Shown: positions 1-14,477 of the stretch, one piece after another
Position numbering within the stretch: position 1 is the first letter of the stretch
Layout: each line of letters opens with the position of its first letter
Assembly (NCBI GenBank): GCA_964016885.1
Contig: OZ024748.1
Span: 52,142,001 to 52,206,000 of the forward strand
Length of the DNA stretch: 64,000 nucleotides
DNA from: Eledone cirrhosa
Lineage: Eukaryota
Direction of reading: 5' to 3'
Translations under genes and position numbers: made by a program
The notes under the pieces: generated by a model
Seen by the model: only the letters and a program-made list of their open reading frames with translations
The model's database searches: none
Told to the model about the DNA's origin: nothing

Positions 1-1392
1 ACTTGAGGCAAGAGTGATTGTCTTGCTCGCATAGGACTGTCTGGCAGGTTTTCTACAGTTGGATGCCCTTCCTAACACCAACCACATTTACAGTGTGGGT
101 CTGGGAGGTTTTTACCGTGTTGCCTACACGGCCACATTACAGCGTGGACTGTGTGTTTTTTTGTCGTGACACCTACACGATCTCATTTGTTTCGGCCTCG
201 ATGGCGCGGCACCAACATAACTTTACATAGAACGGGGTGGTGTGGATGGGGTGGGGGTGGTGGTGGTGGGACGGGGTGTAGTTTGTTAGAGATGCCTACT
301 GGCAAGGCGGGTCTTCTCTGTTACTGAGTACCGCCAAAGGTCACGGTCCAGTGACATTGTCTTGGAGAGGTGTAAGTGTGTGAGGTCGGAGTTTATCAGC
401 TCATCCCATGTTTTTCTAGGTCTGCCTATTCCGTGGCTACCGTCTATCTTTATTGCCCTGCACTTTGTAATACAGCTATCGACTTTCATGCGCATCACGT
501 GTCCATACCAACGCAGCCTTCTCTCGAGTAAACAACATCTGATCCCTCTTATCTCTAATTTTTTCCTTAGTTCGTTTATGCTTTGTCGTTCACGTATATT
601 ACTGTTACACATCCAGCGGAGCATGCAAGCTTCGTTCCTCTCTAGTCTGCGTATATCCTCTGCACACAATGCCCAGGTCTCACTACCATGCAACATTGCT
701 GTTCGTATGCAGGCATCGTACAACCTGCCTTTCATTTTTAGGGAGAACCCTTTAGCAGCTAATAGTGGTATAAGCTCTCTGAACTTTTTCCAACCAGTTC
801 TGACTCTAGCTACAGTACTTTCAGAGCACCCTCCCCCACTGCTGATTTTATCGCCCAGGTAACGGAAGCTGTCCACTATTTCTATATAACCCTCTGCGCA
901 ATTGAAAGAGCTAGTATTTTGTGGGCACTTGCCGCTACTTATTGCACCAGAACACCGGCCACATGTAAAGTCTATGTTCTTAGTTAGCTTACCTGTGATC
1001 CCACTACATCTTTTATGCACCCATACTTTGCATTTAGGACATAAGATGGAGTTTCTACCTACGCCTTTCCTACATACCGAGCACGACCATTTCCCAGAAG
1101 GGACCGCCGCCTTGTTTTCTTTCCTACAAACTAGAACTTTGGTCTTAGCCAGGTTAATTTTAAGTCCTTTTGACTCTAGGCCGTGCTTCCATGTTTGGAA
1201 TTTCTTCTCTAGCTCGGCCATTGATTCCGCTATGAGTGTCAGGTCGTCTGCGTATAGGAGTTCCCATGGGCAGCCTGTCTTGAACTCCTCTGTTATAGCC
1301 TGAAGGGCAATAATAAATAGTAGGGGGCTGAGAACAGAGCCCTGATGGACGCCAACTTTTACGCTAAACTCTTCACTATATTCGTTGTTGGA
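1..1392 (-). mobile_element. 5'-truncated RTE-clade LINE (RT C-terminal half plus 3' UTR running off the window start)
   Basis: Minus-strand frame has QGSVLSPLLF, LLYADD, FRYLG and [10 protein letters not shown] and is collinear with the C-terminal part of the 51259-54378 ORF. Positions 1-285 are the reverse complement of the RTE 3' UTR motifs (ggttggtgttaggaagggcatcca). Confidence 0.95.
286..1392 (-). pseudogene. Reverse transcriptase fragment with inserted PHD-type finger (about 952-1083)
   Basis: ORF 286..1491; homology starts near NEYSEEF and the upstream residues are microsatellite read-through. The endonuclease and N-terminal RT are missing. Confidence 0.9.
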
Positions 1393-1504
1393 AATATGAA
1401 ATAAAAAAGACCAGTCATCATCATCATCATCATCACTGACATCATCAGCAACAACAACATACATAACAACAGTAAATCCACATACACACACATATATATG
1501 TATG

Positions 1505-1549
<45 letters not shown>

Positions 1550-1698
1550 GTATATTTATGTATATATGTATATGTATATATATCATCATCATCATCATCG
1601 TTTAACGTCCATCTTCCACGCTTGCATATATATATAAATATATATGTATATATATGTATGTATACATGTATATATATAAATATATTTATGTATACATG

Positions 1699-1780
<82 letters not shown>

Positions 1781-1784
1781 AATT

Positions 1785-1818
<34 letters not shown>

Positions 1819-1879
1819 AATATATATATATATTTATATATACATGTATATGTATATAAATATGTATATATATTTATGT

Positions 1880-1963
<84 letters not shown>

Positions 1964-2102
1964 TTATACATGGAAAGTTATATTTAAAATTGTTGGGTTA
2001 CAACTAGTAAATATTATAACTGATATAAAAGCACTCGACAAATATTTGGAGTATATTTACAATATTAAATAAATGGAAACTATATTTATAAAACCATATT
2101 TA

Positions 2103-2164
2103 TTTCATTATATATATTTCAGGGATATCATATTAACAATAGGCTATGCCTTCCTCAGACAAAA
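2103..2164 (-). ncRNA. Type I hammerhead ribozyme motif in a PLE-end module (about 1968-2250)
   Basis: Minus strand reads ttttgt-CTGAGGA-agg..cct-GAAAT-atat-ATA-atgaaa; GAGTGC (2031-2036 reverse) lies between it and the (TA)n tract. Confidence 0.7.
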
Positions 2165-2426
2165 TACAATATAAACAGTTTTATAGATAAATAGATTCGA
2201 CATACCATTATAACACCGACTTGCATTTGAGGAGGTCAAACTGGCAGTTTATATACATTTATATATATATATCATAAGTCCAACAACAGCAGTTTATATA
2301 CATTTATATATATATATCTATATCTATATATATATATATACATTTATATATATATATATATTTATGTATACATGTATATATATATATATGTAAGTATATA
2401 CATGTATACATAAATACATATATAAG

Positions 2427-2728
<302 letters not shown>

Positions 2729-2813
2729 TTATATATATATATATATTTATGTATACATGTATATATATATATGTAAGTATATACATGTATACATAAATAC
2801 ATATATAAGTATA

Positions 2814-2846
<33 letters not shown>

Positions 2847-2902
2847 GTAAGTATATATATATATGTATATATGTAAGTATATATATGTATATATATATGT
2901 AA

Positions 2903-2948
<46 letters not shown>

Positions 2949-2950
2949 AC

Positions 2951-2997
<47 letters not shown>

Positions 2998-3001
2998 ATG
3001 T

Positions 3002-3043
<42 letters not shown>

Positions 3044-3227
3044 ATATATATACATGAATAGGAACATATGCACCCAATCTCTGCAAGTGAAAGGGAAAAA
3101 ATTGAAGAGGAGAGAGAAAGATTTATGAATCTCCAAATTATAGTTTTAATGTAATAATATTCCACCCACCCACCAACCCCACCTCCAAAGCCATCACCAC
3201 TGCTGCTACCACCCATACCCATTATCT

Positions 3228-3233
3228 ACCACC

Positions 3234-3268
<35 letters not shown>

Positions 3269-3317
3269 CACTACTACTACTACTACCACCATTATCTACC
3301 ACCACTACTACTACCCT

Positions 3318-3385
<68 letters not shown>

Positions 3386-3463
3386 TTATCTACCACTACT
3401 ACTACTACTACCACCACCATTATTTACCACTACTACTACTACTACCCCCACTACTACTACTAT

Positions 3464-3499
<36 letters not shown>

Positions 3500-3501
3500 A
3501 C

Positions 3502-3544
<43 letters not shown>

Positions 3545-3599
3545 CATTATTTACCACTACTACTACTACTACTACTACCCCCACTAGTACTACTACTAT

Positions 3600-3667
<68 letters not shown>

Positions 3668-3990
3668 TTACCACCACCACTACAGCCTCTACCAAAACTA
3701 TAAACAACAAACTACACCTCATACTCATTCCTAGCACATACTCTCATTAAAAACTAGAACCCTCCTACCACCACCACTAACAGCAACTACAGCAGCAACA
3801 ACAACAGCAACAACAGCAGCAACAACAGCAGCAACAACAGCAGCAACAATAACAGCAACAACAGCAGCAACAACAACAGCAACAACAGCATCAACAACAG
3901 CAGCAACAACAGCAGCAACAATATCAGCAGCAACAACAGCAGCAACAATAACAGCAACAACAGCAGCAACAACAGCAGCAACAACAGCAG

Positions 3991-4022
<32 letters not shown>

Positions 4023-4077
4023 ACAGCAGCAACAACAGCAGCAACAACAGCAGCAACAACAGCAGCAACAACAGCAG

Positions 4078-4109
<32 letters not shown>

Positions 4110-4515
4110 ACAGCAGCAACAACAGCAGCAACAACAGCAGCAACAACAGCAGCAACAACAGCAGCAACAACAGCAGCAACAATAACAGCAGCAACAGCAG
4201 CAACAACAACAGCAACAACAGCAGCAACAACAGCATCAACAACAGCAGCAACAATAACAGCAACAACAGCAGCAACAATAACAGCAGCAACAACAGCAGC
4301 AACAATAACAGCAACAACAGCAGCAACAATAACAGCAACAACAGCAGCAACAATAACAGCAACAACAGCAGCAACAACAGCAGCAACAATAACAGCAGCA
4401 ACAATAACAGCAACAACAGCAGCAACAACAGCAGCAGCAACAATAATAATAATAACAACAACCTTGATGATGATGATGATGATGATGGCATTGATGATGA
4501 TGATGATGATGATAT

Positions 4516-4547
<32 letters not shown>

Positions 4548-4914
4548 GTAATGATGATGATGATGATGACTTCATTGCTTATGCATAACTATTTGAAGTT
4601 GTTTATGATATTGATGATGATGATGATGGCAATGATGATGATGATATTGATGATGATGATGATGATGATGATGATATTGATGATGATGATGATGACTTCA
4701 TTGCTTATACATAACTATCTAAAGTTGTTTACCCAGTGTTGCAGTGTAAATGTTGTATAGATGCAACACAAGCTGCAATACACAGTGGCTTCATCAGAAC
4801 ACCACAAACTGTTGACATACATGTAATTACTCCTTCTCATACTCATACTCCATTATCACATCAACACCACCAGCACCTCTTTTCACCAATACAGCTTTCA
4901 CTCTCTTTCACGTT

Positions 4915-4959
<45 letters not shown>

Positions 4960-5822
4960 GTTGTTGGTGTTGTTGTTGGTGGTGTTGTTGGTTGTTGGTG
5001 GTGTTGATGTTGTTGGTGGTGGTGTTGTGTTGTTGGTGGTAGTGTTGGTGGTGTTGTTGGTGGTGGTAGTGTTGGTGGTGGTGGTGGTGGTGGTGGTTTT
5101 GGTGTTGTTGTTGGTGGTTGTTGGTTGTTGTTGGTGGTGTTGGTGTTGTTGTTGGTGGTGGTGGTGGTGTTGGTGTTGTTGGTGGTGTTGGTGTTGTTGG
5201 TGGTGGTGGTGTTGGTGTTGTTGGTGGTGGTGGTGGTGGTGTTGGTGGTGGTGGTTTTGGTGTTGTTGTTGGTGGTTGTTGGGTGGTGTTGTTGGTGGTG
5301 GTGCTGTTGGTGGTGGTGGTAGTGTTGGTGTTGTTGGTGGTGGTTGTTGGTTGTTGGTGGTGTTGGTGGTGGTGGTGGTGATGATGTTGTTGTTGGTAGA
5401 GATAGTGTTGTTGTTGTAGGTGGTGTTGTTAGTGGTGGTGGTATTTGTTGAGGGGTTGAGGGTGGTGCTGGTGTTGGTGTTGGTGGGTGGTGTTGGTGGT
5501 GGTGTTGGTGCTGATGTTGGTGGGTGGTGTTGGTGGTGGTGTTGGTGTTGGTGGTGGTGCTGATGTTGGTGGGTGGTGTTGGTGGTGGTGCTGGGTGGTG
5601 GTGGTGCTGGGTGGTGGTGGTGCTGGTGTTGGTGGTGGTGCTGGTGTTGGTGGTGGTGCTGGGTGGTGGTGGTGCTGGAGTTGGTGGTGGTGCTCGGTGG
5701 TGGTGGTGCTGGCTGATGTTGGTGGGTGGTGTTGGTGGTGGTGCTGGTGTTGGTGGTGGTGCTGGGTGTTGGTGGTGCTGGGTGGTGTTGGTGCTGGGTG
5801 GTGTTGGTGGTGGTGCTGGTGT
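3228..5822. repeat. Compound trinucleotide arrays: (CTA)n, (CAA/CAG)n, (GAT)n, (GGT/GTT)n
   Basis: Read directly; explains the poly-L/S/M/V/T ORFs. Confidence 0.97.
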
Positions 5823-6128
5823 TCCTGTGAAGTTGCTCATTACAGAGCAAAGGCATTATGGAAATTCGTAAATAAGGGTATGTAAATAGCATGGATAGCA
5901 ACATAGATTAGGTATCTGGGTGTATCAGAGTATATATATACATATATATATATATATGTATATATGAGAGTGTATATATATATATGAGAGTATATATATA
6001 TATATATGAGAGTATATATATATATATATATATATATGAGTATATATATATATGAGAGAGCGAGGGAGAGAGCGATAGATAGAAAGCAAAAGCAATATAG
6101 ATTATCTATATGTACGCGTAGATGTTGA

Positions 6129-6191
<63 letters not shown>

Positions 6192-6439
6192 TATAGAGAG
6201 AGAGAGAGAGAAAGAGAAGTACATAGATATGCGTGACCGTGTGTGTATCTCTCTATGTGTGTATATATATATACACCTATATAATAATAATCATTTTGCT
6301 ATCACACTCATATATATATATATATATAGATTGAATATATATATATAGATTGAATGTGTATGCGTTGATAGAGATGATGTTTATATATACAGATAGATTG
6401 AAAGCTACAATGACATTTTAAACTATGTCCTCCATAAAG

Positions 6440-6722
6440 TCGTCCTACTCCACCATCCCACTTCTGTCCACTGTAAAGTGGTTGTGTAGGTGACATGACA
6501 AAAATCACCCAGTCCACACCGTACTGTGGTCATGTAGGAGACATGGTAGAAAGGCTCCCAGTCCACGCTGTAAATGTGGTTGGTGTTAGGAAGGGCATCC
6601 AACCGTAGAAAACCTGCCAGGGACAGTTCTGTATGAGCGAGACATTATCTCCTGATCAATCTTGCCTCAAGTGGGACAAAACCACCCAACCCATGCTAGT
6701 GTGGAAGATGGACATTAAACAA
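6440..6722 (+). mobile_element. Isolated RTE 3' UTR fragment
   Basis: cccagtccacgctgtaaatgtggttggtgttaggaagggcatcc ... acccatgctagtgtggaagatggacattaaac; matches 1-285 reversed and 54379-54682. Confidence 0.8.
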
Positions 6723-6742
6723 TGTCGATATATATATATATA

Positions 6743-7090
6743 TCATCATCATCATCATCATTTCATTTTACGTCTGCTTTTTCCCTGCTTGCAAGGGTGG
6801 GACGGGAACTGATGCTGGCTTGATTTCTACAGCTGGATGCCCTTCCTAACACCAACCTTATTTACAGTGAGTGCTGGGTGCTTTTTTGCCGTGGCACCTC
6901 CACGACCACTTTGCCGTGGAATGATATGGACCCCCAGTCCCTATCATCTCATTTCTACAGCTGAGTAAACTGGAGCAATGTGAAATAAAGTGTCTTGCTC
7001 AAGGACACAACACATCACCCGGTCTGAGAATTGAACTCACAACCTTTCGATTGCAAGGCCAATGCTCTAACCACTAAGCCATGTGCCTCC
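6743..7090 (-). mobile_element. tRNA-headed CORE-type SINE with RTE-derived tail
   Basis: Reverse complement of the 15926-16318 family: A box tggcttagtgg, B box gttcaattc, CORE-like tgtccttgagcaagacactt, (ATG)n tail. Confidence 0.88.
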
Positions 7091-7508
7091 ATATATATAT
7101 ATAGTGTATTGGTGTAATGTTTAGTTACTGGTGGTTCACCAGTTTAAGCACTCAATGTGGATCTGACTACAGATGCAGGATTCAACATTTGAGTTTTCAT
7201 AATCAGAGTGTTAATAATAATAATAACAAGAATCAGAGATGGAGTATCAATATATCTTCTATATATTTTTGTTATTCTTATGTTAATGAATCCACAAGTC
7301 TGATCAGATATTGATTCCATACTGATCACTACCTTACTGTAACTGGAGCTGATCGATTGCAAAATGCCTGTCACATATGAAGCCAAAATTGATGCTACAT
7401 TGATACTTTGTTCCCGGATTGGGGTTGATTTAATCAACTGTCCCCTCCCAAAATTGTTGGCTTTGCACCTAAATCAGAAACCATTAGAAGCAATATTATA
7501 TATATATA

Positions 7509-7707
7509 GTTACGTTATTCCGGGTTGAATCGGAGGTAACCACAGTAAGTAAGGTACTCAATACATAGCAGAGTATAAAAGTTTTAATATAGATGAGATT
7601 CTACAGGACTAGAACTGTTTCATTCTTTAGAAATCATCAGGAATCTCTGATGATTTCTAAAGAATGAAACAGTTCTAGTCCTGTAGAATCTCATCTATAT
7701 TAAAACT
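7509..7707. mobile_element. Fold-back PLE-end module with two divergent hammerhead cores
   Basis: Perfect 61-bp inverted repeat 7580-7640 / 7647-7707; each arm reads CTGATGA-tttctaaagaat-GAAAC-agttcta-GTC outward; flanked by (TA)n. Confidence 0.75.
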
Positions 7708-8210
7708 ATATATATATTTTCCTGGGTTTTGTATTTTCGTTGCTCTGGTAATGCGGCTGGACTGCCGACTGCTATATCTGATTTGCTAAGCTGCCTGAAC
7801 ATAATGTTATTACTCTGGGGTCTTACCTCACCCGAGTGCTAAAGCTACAGACCGATTATGCATAGACGCTAGCTTGGCTGTATACTAAAGCTTCGTCAAT
7901 GCTGTACTAAAATTTATATATATATATATATATTATGTAGTAATGAATGAAATTTCATTTTCAATTACTTATATACATTATTAGACATGGCATGTGTTTC
8001 ACTGATGCTCGGCTCTAGGTCTTAATTGATATGATAGCCTTGACTCTAGTATCAATTTACTCATCAGACATTTTAAATTTAATCCTTGAACCAGAGGTAG
8101 AAATATTTTGCGAAACATGTGCCATGTTGCGTAATAAGTAAAAAATATCTTAAAGAGAAATTTCCTTTAATTTTCCAACAAAAATTCATTACCTGTATAT
8201 GTTACTGTTG

Positions 8211-8253
<43 letters not shown>

Positions 8254-9226
8254 TCAATAATATAAAATGTGCTTTAGACATGAACTTGTACAAATTGTAG
8301 CTAACTATCTATACATCTATACAAGGTCAGTTCTGAAAAGTTTCAAATAAATTATCTCACTTTTCTGCCAGGAGCTGTGAATGGTTGATAGTAGCATCAA
8401 TGGAAAGATGACCAATGGAAACATTGTTTCCCTGGTTTTATTTGATGAATTCCACCCAAATCTGTAAACAAATGGTATTTGGGATCTTGTTGATTGTCTA
8501 TATTGATGTATATACTTTTTGTTACTTTCTGCAATGGTGTTTAATTTTTTGTTATTGTCAAGTGACTGTTAGAAAGATAGTCAAACAATCGGATAATTAA
8601 CTGAGAATTAGACAGAAAGAATGTTTCAGTGGTTTTTAGTACACTTTCTTAGTTAATAATAATGGAAGCAGTTGTTGCTGTTGTTACTTCTGTTGGGCAG
8701 CTCTGATCAAGCAGACCTATGGCCAAACATTATCCATCTCTCTTTCCTTTTCAAGCATGGTAGACAATACCTCACACTACATTATGTGACCTTTCATTGG
8801 TAGAGTTGTGAGAACATTGGATGGAATGCTTTGTAGTATTCTTTCAATTTCTCTGCCCTCTGAGTTCAAATACTGCTGAGGCCAACTTTGCCTTTTATCC
8901 GTTCGAGGTCACTAAAAAAAGTACCAGTCAAGTACTGGGGTCAATTTTTCCTCTATATTTCTTTCTCACTCCCATTCTCTCACTCTCTGTCCTTCGCTGG
9001 GAGAAATTTGTTCTGTTTAAACCCAGAGAGAGATAGGTTTCACCAAGCTTAAAAATACCCAAGATATGCTGTGTGCCACTATGCTAACCCTACGACTTCA
9101 TCAAGAGTTTTCATACCAAACTGCATAACCACTCTTCTGGTCCTTCAATTTGAAGCTGTTTTATCTAAAACCCTTCCATCATAAATGTACACAATATTTT
9201 CATTATTATTATTTATTTAATAATGA

Positions 9227-9441
9227 TTTCTAGTATAAGCACAAGGCCAGTAATTTTGAGGGAAGGGAAAGTTGATTAAATCGACCCCAGTACATAACTG
9301 GTACTTTATTTTATCAAACCCGTAAGGATGAAAGGCAAAGTTAACCTCGGTGGAATTTGAATTCAGACTATAAAGGGCCATAACTCTATGCTACAAAGCA
9401 TAGTGTCTGACTTTCTACCGATATGGCCAATCCACTGCCCT
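9227..9441 (-). mobile_element. Nin/Deu-domain-type SINE
   Basis: Reverse complement of ccgaggttaactttgcctttcatccttacggg..gataaaataaagtaccag; further copies at about 8800-8945, 20505-20690, 20990-21140, 57355-57600 and 59450-59610. Confidence 0.82.
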
Positions 9442-9473
9442 GAATAGGGTTAATAAGATGAAGATAATTTTAA

Positions 9474-9955
9474 CCCTTTAGTATTCACATTACCCTATAT
9501 ATATTGTTATGCTTTGGGAGGGTCATGTTGCCAATAAGAAACACACGCACCAGTTGCTTTGACTTCAATTTATCATAATAAATTTATAAATTTAGGAATT
9601 TATAAATTTCCGGTTGGTTGGTTGGTTCCACAACCAGATGATTGTTTATATATTGTCAAAGTTCTTTCGTCACACATTCTGTGACCTCTTAGGTGACTGG
9701 GATTCTTTTCTTTGTTTTTCTTTGTGCCTCTCCTTTGTTCTGTCCTACGCCATCTTCTATATATACTATTATATTTTCATGGTAAAGGCTTTATCTCACA
9801 TAATTATCTCACATAATATCGAATCTATGAGATTTTGAAAGTATTTAGTTTGAGAACAATACCTTAACATCAGTTTGAGCGACCAGTTAAAGCCAGTTTC
9901 AACAGACAAAGGTTGAGAATTCTGGCCGGTTTTGGCCGATTTGAACATTAAAGGG
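9474..9955 (+). mobile_element. piggyBac-like MITE (family 1) interrupted by a PLE-end module
   Basis: TTAA-CCCTTTA ... TAAAGGG-TTAA termini; body matches the uninterrupted copy at 35869-36064. Confidence 0.8.
9504..9756 (-). mobile_element. PLE-end module with degenerate hammerhead (9655-9697)
   Basis: Bounded by duplicated ctatatata; minus strand gtca-CCTAAGA-g-gtcaca..tgtgac-GAAAG-aa-CTT-tgac; resembles 49105-49332. Confidence 0.65.
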
Positions 9956-10221
9956 TTAACATTGATGCTCATTTTTAGCATCAGAAACCATGATTGATAC
10001 AAGGAATTCATAAAAAGGTTTCTCTGGTGAAATTTGATAGGTAAAGAATTCTACTGAAATATTTATAAATTGTATAAAATGTCTTAGTTTTATTTAAATT
10101 TTATAATATAAACAAAGCAAAATGTACACTTGCATGATATATCACAAAATACGAAAACCTATATTATATGTATGCATACATACACTCGCCCACACACCAC
10201 ATATTTATAGATACATATACA

Positions 10222-10257
<36 letters not shown>

Positions 10258-10292
10258 CAAATATATATACACATATATATACACATATATAT

Positions 10293-10371
<79 letters not shown>

Positions 10372-11316
10372 CATACATATATAAATACATACATTCATAT
10401 AGGCAGATACATACTCGTACAGATACATATGTGAGTATGAGATGTAGATAGATAGATAGATAGACAGATAAATAGATAGATAAGTAGATTGATAGATATA
10501 GAGATACAGCATCAAAAACAGAAACAAAATCTAAAAGAATACTTCATCCAGCCCCCCCCCCCCCTCCTCCTCCTCAAAATTATGATTAATCACTTTTTAT
10601 TTGACGATATATTTCATTAGGTTTTCACTTTAAATGAGTGGCAGCAGGAATTGGGTGGTAAATGAAGCCTGAAGCTTGCCAAATACATAGAAACAGGAAC
10701 CTATTGTATGTCATAGAATCTATGAAGAATGCATGGAATTAAAGAATATGGTTTGATTGTCTTGTTGGCATTGTGTCGCCATCTTTTGGTCTCTTTTATA
10801 CAGTTTAGTAAGATAAATGAAATTTCTTCCAGTTTTTTTTTCATTTTATCTTCCTTATCTATCTTTCTTTGTACACACACATACACACTCTCTCACATTT
10901 ATATAGACAAACACATGCACGCATACACGCACATACACACACACACATGCATGCATGCATGCACGCACATATTCATACACATGTATGCATGCAGAGACAG
11001 TATACATCACCTACGAAGCCAGCAACACAAAAGCAACTAGAAGCACATGATGTGTGTATATATATATATATATATTTATAAATGTGTGAGTGTGTGTGTA
11101 TTGTTTAATAAAATAAAATATCAGAAGTACTTAGACTGTGTGTATGTGTGTGTATGTTGTAGCTCTGTTGTCATGTATATGTATGTGTCATAAACATCGG
11201 ACAAGCATCACTATGGAAATAAACCCAATAGTTAGACCACAGACTTCTCTCTTTACAAGATGAATGCGAGAACAGCTTGACTAGTTTCTACTACTTATTG
11301 CTATTGTATATATTAA

Positions 11317-11532
11317 TCTTTTAGCATTTAAACCAGCTGTATCTGGCCAGAATCCTCTCATCTCTTTCTGTTAAAACTGGCCATAACTGGCTTCTCATAC
11401 TGATGTTAAGGTATTGTTCTCAATATAAATATTATCAAAATCTCATAGATTCGATATTATGTGAGATTATTATGTGAGGTAAAGCCTTTACCGTCAAAAT
11501 AGCAAAGACAGTGTAATGTAAATGCTAAAGGG
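11317..11532 (-). mobile_element. piggyBac-like MITE (family 1), inverted copy
   Basis: TTAA flanks, taaaggg terminus, body is the reverse complement of 35869-36064. Confidence 0.75.
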
Positions 11533-11561
11533 TTAACACAGACATTTCATTTAACACAACT

Positions 11562-11615
<54 letters not shown>

Positions 11616-11970
11616 ATATATGTTCTTCTGATTTTATATTTTTATACATTTTTACCAATAGAGAGAGAGTTGGTTTCTAACATGGACACAAGACTCTTTC
11701 ATTGGGATTTAAACAACATCAACTAGGTAGATATGTCTGCATGTGTGTATGTGTGTGTGTGTGTGCAGGCATGGATGGTATTGTGTGTGTGGATGTGGAT
11801 GTTTTTAGTTATATATGTGCATATGCATATGTTTTGTATCTGTACGTGTAGTTATTATATGTATGTATATATCTATACATGTATGCAAAATATAAATGGA
11901 AACAACAAAGCAAAAAACAGTGCAATGAAAAAATATATATGCTTAATGCTTGATATAGTAGGAAAAAAGT

Positions 11971-12004
11971 CTTTATGTTTCAGACACTAGTCTTTCATCA
12001 GAAG
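11971..12004 (-). ncRNA. Minimal hammerhead motif (extra A after CUGAUGA, 1-bp stem III)
   Basis: Minus strand ctt-CTGATGA-a-agac-tagt-gtct-GAAA-ca-TA-aag; same family at 27300-27333 (TTGATGA-a-ggac-tagc-gtcc-GAAA-cg-TT) and truncated at about 21805-21900. Confidence 0.62.
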
Positions 12005-12242
12005 GTAGAATAAGAATAAAAGATAAAATACTTTTTTTAGAAAAAGCAGGTCTGTATTCACCGAGCCAATTCTCTTGCTGCAGCAGAAAAAGAAGACATT
12101 GTCCTAAATATATTTTGTTCCTTGATATATTGTTGGACCACACTAGAAACTTCATTGTCAAATATTGTATTGTAGTATGGACCCTTAATTCCTGGTGATG
12201 TCGTAGGAGTAATGTTGTTACATGCAGTCTCTTGAGGATTTG

Positions 12243-12281
<39 letters not shown>

Positions 12282-12391
12282 GCACATCCATATATTATAT
12301 TATACAATGCATGCTAAGCATGGAAAACATGTAAAACATTGATGATATATATACATACGAGTATATATATATTAATATATATATATATGTC

Positions 12392-12468
<77 letters not shown>

Positions 12469-12801
12469 ATATATTGTTAGTGTAAACAATTTTCAATGCT
12501 TATGTATGGTTGTCTTCAAACTGGACTATATATTTATTGTCATGACTTTTAACATTTACCTTCAAATACATTTTGTATTTTCTCATGATGTAATAAGAAT
12601 ATCTTTAAGATACACATCAAATTCTGTGTGGTATAAAGCAAAGAAACAATAAAAAAAGAAAGCTGTGATATTCAACAATATCTCTCGACAATATTAGGAA
12701 CGAAGCAAGATGGCTCCAGCCAAAGAGTTGAAAACTGATTCCAATTCCTCATTTCAAACCCATCCAGCCACCCAACCAACCACCCATCCACACACCCATA
12801 A

Positions 12802-12849
<48 letters not shown>

Positions 12850-12882
12850 ATGTATATATATATATCTGTGTGTATATATATG

Positions 12883-12913
<31 letters not shown>

Positions 12914-12998
12914 GTGTGTGTATATATATGTATATATATATGTGTGTGTATATATATGTATATATATTATGTGTGTGTATATATATGTATATATATTA

Positions 12999-13073
<75 letters not shown>

Positions 13074-13104
13074 ATATATATCTGTGTGTATATATATGTA
13101 TATA

Positions 13105-13135
<31 letters not shown>

Positions 13136-13140
13136 GTGTG

Positions 13141-13304
<164 letters not shown>

Positions 13305-13650
13305 AGCCCCATCTTCCAAGAAGTTGCAACCATGTCAAAGTATATAGTATATAATGCTGAAGCAGAAGTAATCAAGGAATTGCTTTGTGGACAACAACAT
13401 CTTGGAGAGTGCATCCTAGCAACATAAATCTTGTTTAACTGGTCAGAATCTGGTGTGAAGATGCAACATATGCATATAAACAGTATCTCACATGTCACAT
13501 TTGAGAGCATGTTAGGTGATATTCCACTGTAGATAATACTTTCCTAGTCTTACTAACCAAAGAAAAAGAAAGAAAAAAGAAAGAAAGAAAAAAAGAAGTA
13601 AAATAACCAAATAGATTTACATGTCCGGAAACATCTATATATATCTACTG

Positions 13651-13720
<70 letters not shown>

Positions 13721-13765
13721 TTTCTGAATACGTATTGGGGTAAAGGTATAAATATTTATATATTC

Positions 13766-13799
<34 letters not shown>

Positions 13800-13921
13800 T
13801 CATATATATATATATATATTTATATATTCATATATATATATATATTTATATATATATATATATATATATACTTATATATATATATATAGTTATATATATA
13901 TATATATATATTTATATATTC

Positions 13922-14003
<82 letters not shown>

Positions 14004-14043
14004 ACTTATATATATATATATATATATACATATTTATATATTC

Positions 14044-14137
<94 letters not shown>

Positions 14138-14163
14138 TCATATATATATATATATATATATGT

Positions 14164-14234
14164 GATGTGTTGCTGTAATGGTAGCACAGTGGTCGGGATA
14201 ACCAAAGATGTGGGTTCGACTCCCATGTACGTCA
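14164..14234 (+). other. tRNA-like sequence (pseudo-tRNA or SINE head)
   Basis: Cloverleaf-like: gatgtgt/gtacgtc acceptor, tgctgtaatggtagca D arm, gtggg-TTCGACT-cccat T arm; anticodon loop cgggata is non-canonical. Confidence 0.6.
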
Positions 14235-14385
14235 ATACTCATCTTTTTCCATTTATCTGAGGGTTCTAAACCCCACTATCAGGCTAAAATTCCTTTAGTC
14301 AAAAATACGGTGAAAGCTATTCTATTTTCTAATTTCAAACCTGCTCACTGTTTCAAAACATACTTACTTGCCATCTATATATATA

Positions 14386-14475
<90 letters not shown>

Positions 14476-14477
<2 letters not shown>

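Noticed and set aside
362-1303. Plus-strand ORFs of 166 and 133 aa, and minus ORFs within 51699-54248
   Set aside because: Antisense shadows of RTE coding sequence.
7985-8072. Minus-strand hammerhead CTGATGA...GAAAC-acat-GCC
   Set aside because: Cleavage triplet lacks the required U and stem II does not close; at best a decayed copy.
14164-14234. Functional tRNA gene
   Set aside because: Several G-U pairs in the acceptor stem and a non-canonical anticodon loop lacking U33.
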